IMG/VR virus record: IMGVR_UViG_2767802241_000002
Location: 32,001-96,000 of that record
Source of the DNA: a virus
Lineage: Duplodnaviria > Caudoviricetes
Length of the DNA stretch: 64,000 nt
Direction: 5' to 3' (one strand)
The translations under genes and the position numbers were made by a program. The first letter of the stretch is position 1; each line of letters opens with the position of its first letter. The notes below the pieces were generated by a model that saw only the letters and a program-made list of their open reading frames with translations, made no database searches and was not told the origin of the DNA. Positions 36,592 to 47,024 of the stretch are shown one piece after another.

Positions 36592-37224
36592 ATGGAAAAA
36601 TTAATGAAAAGACCACAACCACCTGAATCGATCACAGGGATCTATGATGCTGCATTTGTTCCTGCGCCTGAGGTGTGGGGGTGGATCAAAGCAGTATTTT
36701 TAAACCCAGATCATCAACTTTTTAATCCAGATCATGCACATTTAGGTGCTTTTAACTTCCAGCATATCGCCGTGCTATGGGCGAATGGCGGATTTAAAAA
36801 ACAGGGCCGTATTGTTGTTGGCCAAGCTGAGAGAATTATGATCAACGCATCGGGATGGAAAAAGGATCGGCAAGAAGTTCAATTGATTGATTGGTTTGGA
36901 ACCGTACCGGATTACCTAATTACCTTGGATGCTCAGTTTTGTGCTGAGTGTGACGATATAAGCTTTTGCGCCCTAATAGAACATGAGCTGTATCACATTG
37001 CTCACAAGCGCGATCGATTTGGTTTTTTGTCGTATAACCGAGAAACTGGAAAGCCCAACTTAGAAATACGCGGACATGATGTTGAAGAGTTTACAGGCGT
37101 TGTACGCCGTTACGGTGCCAGTGAAGAGGTTAAACGAATGGTAGAGGCTGCTAATCAGAAACCTGAGCTATCAAGGGCCAATGTTCATCATGCTTGCGGC
37201 ACTTGCTTTTTAAGAGTGGTTTAA
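36592..37224 (+). CDS. Phage putative metallopeptidase
   Basis: EHELYH (HExxH) and HDVEEF; C-terminal CGTC. Confidence 0.8.
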   Translation: MEKLMKRPQPPESITGIYDAAFVPAPEVWGWIKAVFLNPDHQLFNPDHAHLGAFNFQHIAVLWANGGFKKQGRIVVGQAERIMINASGWKKDRQEVQLIDWFGTVPDYLITLDAQFCAECDDISFCALIEHELYHIAHKRDRFGFLSYNRETGKPNLEIRGHDVEEFTGVVRRYGASEEVKRMVEAANQKPELSRANVHHACGTCFLRVV

Positions 37225-37270
37225 ATTTTTTTGCCATTCTTCTTGGATGTACTTGGATGGAATGGTGGAA

Positions 37271-37747
37271 ATGGCACGTATTACTAAAAAGGTGAAATTG
37301 TTCATCGTTCGAATGCTTGCTGAATTTGAATCCCCGACACAGACATCAAAAACCGCAAAAGAAGTTTTTAATGTTGATGTAACACCACAGCAATGCGAAG
37401 CATATGATCCAACCAAACGAACTGGTCAGGACCTCAGCCAAGAACTACGAGATTTATTTTTTGAGTACCGCCGTAAGGCCAATGATGAGCTGGAAGCAAT
37501 CCCGATCGCCAATAAACGGTACCGCTTACAGCTGCTGCAAAATCTTGTTGATGCCTATCCGAATAACCCCGTATTCACCCCAAAATGGGCAGAACAGGCG
37601 GCCAAAGAAATGGGCAATCAATATACCAATAAGCAGGAAATAACCGGTGCAGGTGGTGGACCACTACAAAGTGAAAATACAACCTATGTAAAAGCAACGC
37701 CTGAAGATATCAAGCAGGTGTGGGATGAACTCGAAAGCAAATACTAG
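37271..37747 (+). CDS. terS: Terminase small subunit (DUF2280-like)
   Basis: YDPTK, IPIANKRYRL, EITGAGGGPL; overlaps terL. Confidence 0.8.
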   Translation: MARITKKVKLFIVRMLAEFESPTQTSKTAKEVFNVDVTPQQCEAYDPTKRTGQDLSQELRDLFFEYRRKANDELEAIPIANKRYRLQLLQNLVDAYPNNPVFTPKWAEQAAKEMGNQYTNKQEITGAGGGPLQSENTTYVKATPEDIKQVWDELESKY

Positions 37748-39251
37748 CCTGCTTGAAGTGCAGATTGAACAAGAACGCTGTGAGAAAGAACATTTATTCT
37801 TTACACGGCGTTTTTTTATGCCCCGCATGGGCTTTAAGTTCTCGGTCAATTGGCATCATGAATATATTGCTTGGGCCATTGATGAAGTCATTGCCGGACG
37901 AATAGAAAACCTTGTTATTAATGTTCCACCCGGATCAGGAAAGACCGAGTTACTGACCAATTTAATCGCACGTGGTATTGCACGTAATGCTCGATCGCGA
38001 TTCTTATATTTATCATTTTCGCAGTCACTGGTTGAGGATGTATCGAGTACAGCGCGTAATATCGTTAAGTCTGAGGATTTCCAAGGGCTTTGGCCGGTTA
38101 GTATTTCAACTAGTACAGACGCTAAAGCCAGTTGGAAAACGACCGTAGACGGCTATGAAGCGGGGCATGTCTATTCTGCATCGATGGGCGGTCAGGTTAC
38201 CGGTCGCCGTGCAGGAACATTAGCGGATAATGGCTTTACTGGTGCCATTATTCTAGATGACCCATTAAAGCCAGAGGATGCTTTTAGTCAGTCAGCACGT
38301 AAGAAAGCCAATCGTAAAATCCTAAACACGGTCAACTCGCGTAAAGCCAAGTCATCTACACCGATTATTCTGATCATGCAGCGTTTGCATGTTGAAGATC
38401 CGACCAATTTTGTGATGACCGGCAATGTACCTGGTCAATGGCACCAAATCACGGTACCAGCATTAATTGATGATGCTTATATTGCTAAGTTACCTGAGCA
38501 TATCCGCAAAAAAGTGCCACGTGATGTAGAGCGTGATGAAAGAGGTCGCCAAAGTTATTGGCCACTAAAAGAATCATTACAGTCTCTACTGCAGCTTGAG
38601 CAAGGTGGTCAAGATAAAGACGGCGCCACAGTATCGCGCTATACATTCAGCAGCCAGTACCAACAGCAGCCGAAAAAGCTCGGTGGTGATCTGGTTAAAG
38701 CTGAATGGTTCGGTCGTTATGTTGAACTACCAGTCCTGAAGTGGCGGGCGATCTGGGCTGATACGGCGCAGAAAACCAAAGAGCACAACGACTATTCAGT
38801 GTTCTTATGTGCGGGGCTAGGTCATGACAATCGGCTTTATATCATCGACGTACGCCGTGGTAAGTGGGAATCGCCAGAGCTGATTAAGGAAGCCAAGGCA
38901 TTTATCAATAAGCACAAGGATAGTAATACCAAGATTGGCAAACTGCGCTATATGGCAATTGAAGATAAATCATCTGGTACCACCTTGATTCAAACTGTAT
39001 CACGGCAGACCACATTACCAATCAGAGCTGTTCAACGCGGTATAGACAAGCTGACACGGACCATGGATGTGGTGTTTTACGTTGAGGATGGCAATGTGTT
39101 GCTACCTGTATCTGCGCCGTGGTTATTGAACTATATCGAAGAAATCGAAGGGCTCACGGCGGATATGACTCATGATCATGATGACCAGTGGGACCCGACC
39201 ATTGATGCTATTAATGACACCTTGGCGAAAAAGCCAACCGTATTTGATTAG
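37725..39251 (+). CDS. terL: Terminase large subunit
   Basis: Walker A PPGSGKT; IILDDP; nuclease WADTA...HDDQWD. Confidence 0.95.
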   Translation: MNSKANTSLLEVQIEQERCEKEHLFFTRRFFMPRMGFKFSVNWHHEYIAWAIDEVIAGRIENLVINVPPGSGKTELLTNLIARGIARNARSRFLYLSFSQSLVEDVSSTARNIVKSEDFQGLWPVSISTSTDAKASWKTTVDGYEAGHVYSASMGGQVTGRRAGTLADNGFTGAIILDDPLKPEDAFSQSARKKANRKILNTVNSRKAKSSTPIILIMQRLHVEDPTNFVMTGNVPGQWHQITVPALIDDAYIAKLPEHIRKKVPRDVERDERGRQSYWPLKESLQSLLQLEQGGQDKDGATVSRYTFSSQYQQQPKKLGGDLVKAEWFGRYVELPVLKWRAIWADTAQKTKEHNDYSVFLCAGLGHDNRLYIIDVRRGKWESPELIKEAKAFINKHKDSNTKIGKLRYMAIEDKSSGTTLIQTVSRQTTLPIRAVQRGIDKLTRTMDVVFYVEDGNVLLPVSAPWLLNYIEEIEGLTADMTHDHDDQWDPTIDAINDTLAKKPTVFD

Positions 39252-39259
39252 GAAAACTT

Positions 39260-40567
39260 ATGGCTAAATCGAAGAAGCCCGACGCCATTGGTGATGCGGG
39301 CGCATATACAAACTTTGTCTCTAATATTGGTACCGGGCGTGACAAAGCATCGCATGGGCATTTTGTGCGTCGTGATATCCCAGATGATCAGCTTGAGGCG
39401 GTGTATCAGCATTGGCTGGCCAAACGTATTGTCAATCGACCAGCTTCGGATATGTTGCGTGCTGGTTGGTACTACGAGGGCATTCAAGATAGTGATCTAT
39501 CCAAGCTTGAAGAGGCTTGTAAGCATTATCACTTAAACCACGTGCTTATGTCTGGTTTGATACTGTCACGCCTCTATGGTGAAGTTTATGTATTACTTGG
39601 CACGGCGGATGGTAAGGCTTTAGATGAACCTTTGGAGTTGGATAAATTAGGCCAAGGGCGCTTAGAGTTCTTTACTGTGATTAAGAAGAAATATCTTAAG
39701 GCTGATAAAAATACTTATATGCCCCCATCAGCATGCTGTGGTTTGCTTAAACAGCCTGAATTTTACGATTTGCAAATGAATGATGGTAAAGGGCGTCAAA
39801 GAATCCACTACAGTCGTTTAATCCCATTTCGCTATGCAGATGTCGTGAATGAGGAACCACAAAGCATTTTGCAGGAAGTGTATGAAGATCTACTTGATCA
39901 TGCCAGTGTCAAGAAAGGATCCGCCAGTCTGGTACATGAATCTAAGATCGATGTGATTCGTACACCAGATCTAGTTGCAAAGATCAAAGATGATATGAAA
40001 GCTGTTGTAGAGCGTTTTATGAGTGTTGGTTTGCTCAAAGGTCTAAATGGCTTATTGGTACTTGATAAAGATGAAGAGTACGACTCTAAGACTTACAACT
40101 TTGCTGGTTTACCAGATCTAATGCGTGAATATTCTATTCAAGCAGCTGGGGCGGCAGAGATTCCATACACCATATTGTTCGGTCAAGCACCTGCAGGTTT
40201 AAATGCAACTGGTGAGCATGATACGCGAAACTATTATGACTCCATTGCAACTAAGCAGGTCTGGCAATTGAAGCCGATTTTAATGCGGTTTCTTGCGGTG
40301 ATTTGCCAGTCTACCTTTGGTCGGCAAATCCCTAAGCTTGATATTGTATTTAATCCATTGTGGCAATTAGACGCCAAGGTACGTGCGGAAGTAGAAAAGG
40401 CAAACTCTGAGCGTGATGCCAAGTATTTAGAAATGGCCATTGTTACTGAGCCTCAGATCGCACGGCAATTACAGATAGATGGTGTTTACTCAGTGATTGA
40501 TGAGCAACATATCAAAGAGTTGGAAATGATGGTGAAACTGCATGACGACGATATTCCAATTACTTAA
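39260..40567 (+). CDS. Portal protein (DUF1073-like)
   Basis: Follows terL; IPYTILFGQAPAGLNATGEHD; FNPLWQ. Confidence 0.85.
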   Translation: MAKSKKPDAIGDAGAYTNFVSNIGTGRDKASHGHFVRRDIPDDQLEAVYQHWLAKRIVNRPASDMLRAGWYYEGIQDSDLSKLEEACKHYHLNHVLMSGLILSRLYGEVYVLLGTADGKALDEPLELDKLGQGRLEFFTVIKKKYLKADKNTYMPPSACCGLLKQPEFYDLQMNDGKGRQRIHYSRLIPFRYADVVNEEPQSILQEVYEDLLDHASVKKGSASLVHESKIDVIRTPDLVAKIKDDMKAVVERFMSVGLLKGLNGLLVLDKDEEYDSKTYNFAGLPDLMREYSIQAAGAAEIPYTILFGQAPAGLNATGEHDTRNYYDSIATKQVWQLKPILMRFLAVICQSTFGRQIPKLDIVFNPLWQLDAKVRAEVEKANSERDAKYLEMAIVTEPQIARQLQIDGVYSVIDEQHIKELEMMVKLHDDDIPIT

Positions 40568-41351
40568 ACCACAGCTACAGCAGATTAAAAAATCAAAACG
40601 TGGGCGTAAGGCCAAGTTAAAGCCTGTAAAAGTTAATCGCCGTGTAGAGCTTTATTACACACGGCAGTTATTGGCTATATCCAAATACTGTCAGGAACAG
40701 GCTGATGAGTTGGTATTGCCAGTTGTAGGCCAAAACATTGGTGACAGTTGGTTTTCTGAATTATTTGCGAAGCTAAAAGATCGGATCGTTCGGTATACGG
40801 TTAAATCTGCTGAGCCATTGGCCACCAAAGTTGTAGTTGATGTGCGTGCTGATGTTGATGGACAGATCGCCAAGCACACTAAGTCTATTATTGGTGTGGA
40901 TTTGACTCCATTCTACCGTGCTGCAGATATTCAGGATGTGGTTGATCGTAATATTGCTGCCAACGTATCTTTGATTAAGTCTATCCCGAATCAATATGTG
41001 GATAAGCTTGAAGCATTGGTTATGCATGCTTATCAGACAGGGCAGACCAATGAAGAGTTAGCTCAAGCAATTAAGCAGTTAGGTGTATCAACAGACTATC
41101 GTTGTCGACTCATAGCCAGTGATCAAATGGGTAAGATTAATGGCCAGATCAATCAAGCTCGTCAGGTTTCTATGGGTGTTGAGACTTATGTGTGGCAATC
41201 GGCTAAAGATGAGCGAGTGCGAACGGACCATCGGAATAAACAGGGTAAAACATTTCGTTGGAATGATCCACCAAGTGGCGGTCATCCTGGTGAGCCGATT
41301 CGATGTCGTTGCACGGCGTTGCCGAATTATTATGGTTTAGCACTTGAATAA
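40542..41351 (+). CDS. Head morphogenesis protein (Mu gpF / SPP1 gp7-like)
   Basis: YVWQSAKDERVRTDH...HPGEPIRCRC. Confidence 0.9.
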   Translation: MTTIFQLLKPQLQQIKKSKRGRKAKLKPVKVNRRVELYYTRQLLAISKYCQEQADELVLPVVGQNIGDSWFSELFAKLKDRIVRYTVKSAEPLATKVVVDVRADVDGQIAKHTKSIIGVDLTPFYRAADIQDVVDRNIAANVSLIKSIPNQYVDKLEALVMHAYQTGQTNEELAQAIKQLGVSTDYRCRLIASDQMGKINGQINQARQVSMGVETYVWQSAKDERVRTDHRNKQGKTFRWNDPPSGGHPGEPIRCRCTALPNYYGLALE

Positions 41352-41394
41352 TATTGATTTATAATGATAAATATAATGGTTTTAGGTGTTGCAT

Positions 41395-42336
41395 ATGTTG
41401 AAATTTGATGGTGTTTCCAGTTTCTATGCGAATTATTTAGAAGTAATGAATCCCCGAATATCCTTACATCAAGATAAACCAGATACGGTTTTGATTTCAT
41501 ATGATGGTAAGGGTGAAAAAAAAATAAAGCACGAAGCTTTTTGCCCAACTTTGTCAGCTAACAATGTTAGAACACCACATAGAGATGTTGAAATTAATTT
41601 TAAAGTTGAATCGGCATTTCATTGTTTGGTATCAAAATTTTATGCTGATTATCCTCATTTAAGTAATGTAAGTTTTTTTAAATTGGGTCAGAAGATAAGG
41701 GGGCAAGATGACGCAACTAAAGTCCTGATAGAGATTTATAATATTTTAAGACTTATACGAAATAAATTTCATCATGATAAATTTGGTGGATTAAGTTGGG
41801 ATGATCACAGAAATTTGACCGTTAAAGGTGATGAAAATCTTGTAATTACTGAAAATGGGGTCAGGCTGAGTATTTATATCGTATGGTATTGTCTTAAAAA
41901 TAACATGAAGCATTTATATAACAGAATTGTTTTAAATTATCTGTATGCTGATTTGGTTAAGAATGTTAAAAAAATTTCTTATGGTTTTGATAATAAAAAA
42001 ACAACTAGTTTAAAATCACTGAACAACCAATGGAAAACAATTACACATTCTAATAGAAATATAGTTCAAGGTGAAATTATAGAGATTTGTAATAATGGAT
42101 ATATGATTGATAGGCAAAAATGTTTCATTTCTGATTTTGTACCTGATACAAATGGAGAGGAGAAGTTAATGGAGTGTTTGTATCGTAGATTAGATTATCA
42201 ATTTCAAATAAATGGAACTGAATACCTTATCCCTGATGAATATTTTTTTAATAAAGGGGATGGCATTAAAGCATTTATAAGTGAGGATGATTTAAAGAAA
42301 TTTATTTACTATCCCTTAGAAATTGCAAATTTTTAA
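41395..42336 (+). CDS. AT-rich moron with a HEPN-like RxxxxH motif
   Basis: LRLIRNKFHH; low GC; inserted between head genes. Confidence 0.6.
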   Translation: MLKFDGVSSFYANYLEVMNPRISLHQDKPDTVLISYDGKGEKKIKHEAFCPTLSANNVRTPHRDVEINFKVESAFHCLVSKFYADYPHLSNVSFFKLGQKIRGQDDATKVLIEIYNILRLIRNKFHHDKFGGLSWDDHRNLTVKGDENLVITENGVRLSIYIVWYCLKNNMKHLYNRIVLNYLYADLVKNVKKISYGFDNKKTTSLKSLNNQWKTITHSNRNIVQGEIIEICNNGYMIDRQKCFISDFVPDTNGEEKLMECLYRRLDYQFQINGTEYLIPDEYFFNKGDGIKAFISEDDLKKFIYYPLEIANF

Positions 42337-42431
42337 AAAATAGGGCCCGTTAGGCAAACAAAACCCTGTGAGTCGTAAGGCACAACTTATGGGGTTTTGT
42401 GCTTTTTGGGTTTTTTTATTGAGCGCAATTT

Positions 42432-43622
42432 ATGAAAATACTCTACCAACTCAAAATCGGAGACTTTGCTCCGAGTGAATCATCACGCTCATTTACCAAA
42501 GAAGGGTATCTGAAGTGCGTGAATGTTCGTTTGGCCAAAGCGCCACAAGTACGTCAGTACTACGCTTATGAATTTCCAAGTCTAACAGGATTCACGGCGG
42601 ATCAGATCATTAATGTCTACACACCTGCAGAGGAGCTGTTTAAGCCCGAAGTGGTGCTGAGCTTTAACGGTGTGGATACCACGGATTATCACCCACCCAA
42701 GAACGAGATCAATGCCTCGAACTGGAAGGAGTACCACACAGGAACATGCGAGAACGTGCGTGTGGAAGAAGGCTATCTAGTTGGTGATCTTCTGATTAAA
42801 GACAAGAACAGCATTGACTTGATCCAGAGCAATGAGCGCATTGAAATCTCACTCGGCTATGGCGCAGATCTGATGCTTGAAAATGGCACGGCGCCAGATG
42901 GTACACCGTATCAGGCTAAGTTCATTAATTTTAAGGGCAATCACGTGGCACTGGTCAAATATGGTCGCTGTGGCGGTGACTGTCGTATCGGTGATGAAAA
43001 ACCAAACCCAAAGGGGGAAACCATGGAAGTACTTGTAAACGGCATTCGTTTTGATATTGGCGATAACAAGCCATTGGCGGATGCCCTCAAGCTGCAGCAA
43101 GAGCAGTTAGAGAATCTTAAAGCCGCAAAACTCAAAGTGGGTGATCAGCAATTTGCGATCGGAGACGAACTGCCGGCAGTACAAGCGGTGGTCAATACCT
43201 TGCAGGCTGAAAATGCTCAACTTAAGCAGCAAGTCGGGGATTTGGAAAAGAATCAGATTACCCCTGAAAAGTTGGATCAAGTTGTGGCAGAACGTGCCGC
43301 CGTGGTTGCTGATGCGAAAGCTATTGCACCAGGTGTAAAAACCGAAGGCTGTAGCTGTGAGCAGATCAAGCGTGATGTGATTGCCACCAAAGCTGGCGAT
43401 GCTTTGGTCGCGGCGGTGCTTGGTGGGGTCGCTGTGGGTGACGCCAAGCCGGATCAGATCGATACGGTGTTTCGTGCATTGTCAGCAGTGAAAGCAACCA
43501 CGCCCACCAACGCCGTGGGTGATGCACTGCAAACATTCCAAAAACAACAGGTCGGTGATGCTGATCCAAGTGCCAATCAACAGCAAGGCTATAACAAAGC
43601 CGATGCTTATAAAACCATTTAA
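42432..43622 (+). CDS. Prohead protease/scaffold (DUF2213-like)
   Basis: HPP, EISLGY, NHVALVKYGRCG; coiled-coil C-terminus. Confidence 0.85.
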   Translation: MKILYQLKIGDFAPSESSRSFTKEGYLKCVNVRLAKAPQVRQYYAYEFPSLTGFTADQIINVYTPAEELFKPEVVLSFNGVDTTDYHPPKNEINASNWKEYHTGTCENVRVEEGYLVGDLLIKDKNSIDLIQSNERIEISLGYGADLMLENGTAPDGTPYQAKFINFKGNHVALVKYGRCGGDCRIGDEKPNPKGETMEVLVNGIRFDIGDNKPLADALKLQQEQLENLKAAKLKVGDQQFAIGDELPAVQAVVNTLQAENAQLKQQVGDLEKNQITPEKLDQVVAERAAVVADAKAIAPGVKTEGCSCEQIKRDVIATKAGDALVAAVLGGVAVGDAKPDQIDTVFRALSAVKATTPTNAVGDALQTFQKQQVGDADPSANQQQGYNKADAYKTI

Positions 43623-43633
43623 GGGGGCAGTCT

Positions 43634-44104
43634 ATGGTTAAGCAAATTGATCAATTACCGGGTATGCGTGCCCGGATCAGTGGTCCAGAGGACGTATTGT
43701 CCATTCATGTATCGGGAGATGGTGTATTTACCGATGGTGAGGTGGTGATTCGTAATGCTGATGGTAAAACGGTTTCAACCGTGACTGATGCGACTAACAC
43801 CAAGTTTGGGATCTGTTTACGTCACGGCGTAGGCAAGTCCGGTCGTAACGCTGCAGGCAAAGAAGCCTATCAGCAAGGTGATGTAGCGCCAATCATGACC
43901 ATTGGTTCTATTTGGGTGAAAACCACGGCACCTGTGACGGATATTAACGCCAAGGTGTATGTGAAAACGGCGAATGCTACTGATGTTGCGCCGTTAGGAT
44001 CTTTATCATCCACTGACACGGATGGCACTGAATTCCCAAATGCATCTTGGGAAAGTATTTCAAATGAACAAGGTCTTGCCATTGTTCGCTTATTAGGGGC
44101 TTAA
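43634..44104 (+). CDS. Head decoration/cement protein
   Basis: Between scaffold and capsid; IMTIGSIWV. Confidence 0.7.
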   Translation: MVKQIDQLPGMRARISGPEDVLSIHVSGDGVFTDGEVVIRNADGKTVSTVTDATNTKFGICLRHGVGKSGRNAAGKEAYQQGDVAPIMTIGSIWVKTTAPVTDINAKVYVKTANATDVAPLGSLSSTDTDGTEFPNASWESISNEQGLAIVRLLGA

Positions 44105-44109
44105 CAAAC

Positions 44110-45084
44110 ATGAGTAAAATTGCTCACATGAAGCTACGCTTAACACCCGTAGCACAAATCGTTCAGGCACAAGTGGGTGATGCATTCAATATTGATGCAT
44201 TAGCGCAGCTCTTCGTTAAGCTTGAAGAAATTAACGAAATAACCCCTCAGCTTGAGCAGGTTATGGATTATGCCAAGTATATTCCTGTCACTGGTGTAAA
44301 CGGCGTATTTGGTGGTGGTGAAGTCTTATCACGTAAACGTGGCGTGGGGATGGGGAAAGACTATTCAGGTACAGGGAATGACGTGCCACTGGCTGAAGTT
44401 GAATTTGATACCGTGTCATTACCGATTAAAGTAGGTGTGATTGGTTATCGCTATTCAATTATGGAATTGGCGGCAGCACAAAAGCTCAATATTCAGCTTG
44501 AATCAGATAAAGTTCAGGCAGCACGCTTGGCGGCAGAAAAGCATCTATCGCAAATTGCTTGGTATGGTAATCCATTGGCAGGCATCACTGGCTTTCTTAA
44601 CCAAACCGGTGTAACGGTCGTATCGGCACAGCATAATTGGGCAACGGCGACCATTGAACAGGTCTTGGCTGATTTTAACGCCAGTTTAGCTGACGCAGAT
44701 GAAATCTTTGATAACGATGCATCAGTACAACCCGATACTTATTTGATGGCCTCCAACCAGTACATGCACTTATCTACACGTGTGGTACCTGACTCAGGTG
44801 GTAAAACCTTCCTGAAGTTTATTGAAGAAAATAATATCTTTGCCACGCAATCTAAACCTTTAACTATTCGCGGTTTAGGTCGTTCCAATAAACAAGGTAC
44901 AGCTGGTAGTGATCGTTCTATTATCTATCGCCGTGATCCAAGCTGCATCCAGATGAAAGCCGATGATGTGCAGTTCTTGGCAGCTCAGCCTGTGGACTTG
45001 GACATTAAGGTACCAGGTCATTATAAATATCAAGGCGTATGGTTAAAGCGCGTTGATTCACTACGTTACTTGGACCATCAATAA
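44110..45084 (+). CDS. Major capsid protein (DUF2184-like)
   Basis: 324 aa; YSIMELAAAQ, IAWYG...GITGFLN. Confidence 0.85.
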   Translation: MSKIAHMKLRLTPVAQIVQAQVGDAFNIDALAQLFVKLEEINEITPQLEQVMDYAKYIPVTGVNGVFGGGEVLSRKRGVGMGKDYSGTGNDVPLAEVEFDTVSLPIKVGVIGYRYSIMELAAAQKLNIQLESDKVQAARLAAEKHLSQIAWYGNPLAGITGFLNQTGVTVVSAQHNWATATIEQVLADFNASLADADEIFDNDASVQPDTYLMASNQYMHLSTRVVPDSGGKTFLKFIEENNIFATQSKPLTIRGLGRSNKQGTAGSDRSIIYRRDPSCIQMKADDVQFLAAQPVDLDIKVPGHYKYQGVWLKRVDSLRYLDHQ

Positions 45085-45097
45085 GGATTAAAACAAC

Positions 45098-45454
45098 ATG
45101 CGTTATTCATATACCTACAGCGGCCCACAAGCCGCTTTTATTTTGTCTGGTGTTTGTGTTTTACCTGCAGGTGTCGCCGTGATGCTTGAAGATAAAGAAC
45201 ATAAATCTTTGGCGAAAAACAAGTTTGTAGAGCATTTGCTGGAAGTGGGTGAGTTGACTATTACCGAAGTGGAAGAACCTAAGGCAACTGGTGGTCGCCG
45301 TGGATCAGGTAACACCAAAGGTGCTAAGCCAGCAGATGCCGCAGGCACAGAGCTGAACGAGGTACGTGCTGCACTTAAAGATCTAGACATCATGTATGCC
45401 GATGATGAAGCATTGGAGCAACTGCAAGCCAAGCTCGCACAAGCAACTGAATAG
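45098..45454 (+). CDS. Hypothetical head-associated protein
   Basis: Follows the capsid gene; C-terminal helical module. Confidence 0.65.
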   Translation: MRYSYTYSGPQAAFILSGVCVLPAGVAVMLEDKEHKSLAKNKFVEHLLEVGELTITEVEEPKATGGRRGSGNTKGAKPADAAGTELNEVRAALKDLDIMYADDEALEQLQAKLAQATE

Positions 45455-45461
45455 GTGATGT

Positions 45462-45845
45462 ATGGATCCACAGGCATTCCGGCAAAAATTCAAATACGAC
45501 ACGGCGCTTCTCAACTTGCCAGACGCAGAAATTGCAGATGCCTTGGAGGAAGCCGACCTTGTTGTATCAACACTGCAATTTGGCGCATTAAAAGAACGTG
45601 CTGTGGGTCTATATGCAGCACATATTTTAAAAGTCGCAATCAAATCAAAAAACGGCGCTGGCTTTAACGATGCTGCATCGATGTCTATTGCGGGGCAATC
45701 GGTGAGCTATTCACGATCCAACACAGAATCTTTTTACAGCCACAGTATTTATGGTCAGCGCTATTTAGCCCTTAAAAACTCTATCCCCATTGATGAGCAA
45801 GGTACTAATCCCAATCGCTTGGGTGTAAGTGCCTTTGTTGTGTAG
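45462..45845 (+). CDS. Head-tail adaptor (DUF4054-like)
   Basis: LYAAHIL, SVSY, YGQRYLAL. Confidence 0.75.
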   Translation: MDPQAFRQKFKYDTALLNLPDAEIADALEEADLVVSTLQFGALKERAVGLYAAHILKVAIKSKNGAGFNDAASMSIAGQSVSYSRSNTESFYSHSIYGQRYLALKNSIPIDEQGTNPNRLGVSAFVV

Positions 45846-45854
45846 GAGCACATC

Positions 45855-46043
45855 ATGTCATTTAAATATCAAGCACCAGTGCATTACAAAGCTAAAACTT
45901 TGGTTATCGCTGGTAAAGCCCATCAAGTTACAGATGGTGTCATTGAATCAGTCGATGATATCTATCCATTGTTGGTCCCTTTGGGCTTTAGTCGTTATAA
46001 CGGGTCTGTAGCCAAGAAGCCTACAGCTGCAGTTAAAAACTAA
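45855..46043 (+). CDS. Small hypothetical virion protein
   Basis: RBS AGGAG; fills the operon gap. Confidence 0.6.
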   Translation: MSFKYQAPVHYKAKTLVIAGKAHQVTDGVIESVDDIYPLLVPLGFSRYNGSVAKKPTAAVKN

Positions 46044-46051
46044 GGTGTATT

Positions 46052-46531
46052 ATGAGCGATATCCGTGTAAATGCTGATGTTGACTTTAATGCGATGAACG
46101 ATCGGGTACGATTTGAAATACGCCGTACAGTGAATGCTTTAACACTTAAGCTACAGCGAACAGTGCAGGAAGATATGCTGACCGGTCAACGTCTCAATGT
46201 GCAGTCTGGTCGGTTACGTGGCTCGATCTCTTCTAAAGTTGATGAAACGGCGGATTCGATAGAGGGGACAGTGGGGGCTGGTGGCGCACTGGTACCTTAT
46301 GCACCAGCCCATGAGTTTGGCTTTAAAGGAGCTGTCACGGTAAAAGCTCATTTGCGCAATATTAAAAAAGCATTTGGTCGACCGATTACGCCAAAGCAGA
46401 TCATGGTGGGAAGTTTTAGTCGAACAATGAATCTGCGTGAACGCTGTTTCATGCGCGATTCATTGGATCAGATCGCCAAGATCGTACCTAAGAATATTGA
46501 TAATGCCATTCAGCGAGGTATTCATGGATAG
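46052..46531 (+). CDS. Neck / tail completion protein (HK97 gp10-like)
   Basis: SGRLRGSI, YAPAHEFG, RCFMR. Confidence 0.75.
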   Translation: MSDIRVNADVDFNAMNDRVRFEIRRTVNALTLKLQRTVQEDMLTGQRLNVQSGRLRGSISSKVDETADSIEGTVGAGGALVPYAPAHEFGFKGAVTVKAHLRNIKKAFGRPITPKQIMVGSFSRTMNLRERCFMRDSLDQIAKIVPKNIDNAIQRGIHG

Positions 46532-46964
46532 TGAAGCAATATACCAAGCACTTTATCAGCGCCTTTCTCAGATAGACGGCGTAGTAACAACCAGTCGCCG
46601 TCTACGGCATTTTAATCAGGTACCTTCTGAGCAACGTCCGGCATTGTTTATTACGCAAGGCAATCAACAGGAAGCACCGGTAAAAGGTTTAAATGCCAAG
46701 GTGCAGTTGGAAGCTGAGGTTTACTTGTATATTCATGAATCAGATCCAGCGATTGCGCCATCCATACAGTTGAATCGCATGATTGATAAGGTTCGTGATG
46801 CGATTGCGCCAGATTATCCCGAAGTGTGTGAATATCAAACCTTAGGTGGTTTGGTGGAACATTGCTGGATCGAGGGGACGATTGAAGTGTATGAGGCAGC
46901 AGAGAATATGCTGGATGACCAAGGCATTGCCATTATTCCGGTGCGAATTTTAACAACCAATTAA
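46524..46964 (+). CDS. Tail terminator-like protein
   Basis: Before the tube gene; TLGGLV. Confidence 0.7.
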   Translation: MDSEAIYQALYQRLSQIDGVVTTSRRLRHFNQVPSEQRPALFITQGNQQEAPVKGLNAKVQLEAEVYLYIHESDPAIAPSIQLNRMIDKVRDAIAPDYPEVCEYQTLGGLVEHCWIEGTIEVYEAAENMLDDQGIAIIPVRILTTN

Positions 46965-47024
46965 TCACAAACATTTAAATGACCGCCATCACGGCGGTTT
47001 TCTCATTTTAAGAGGCTTAAAAAT

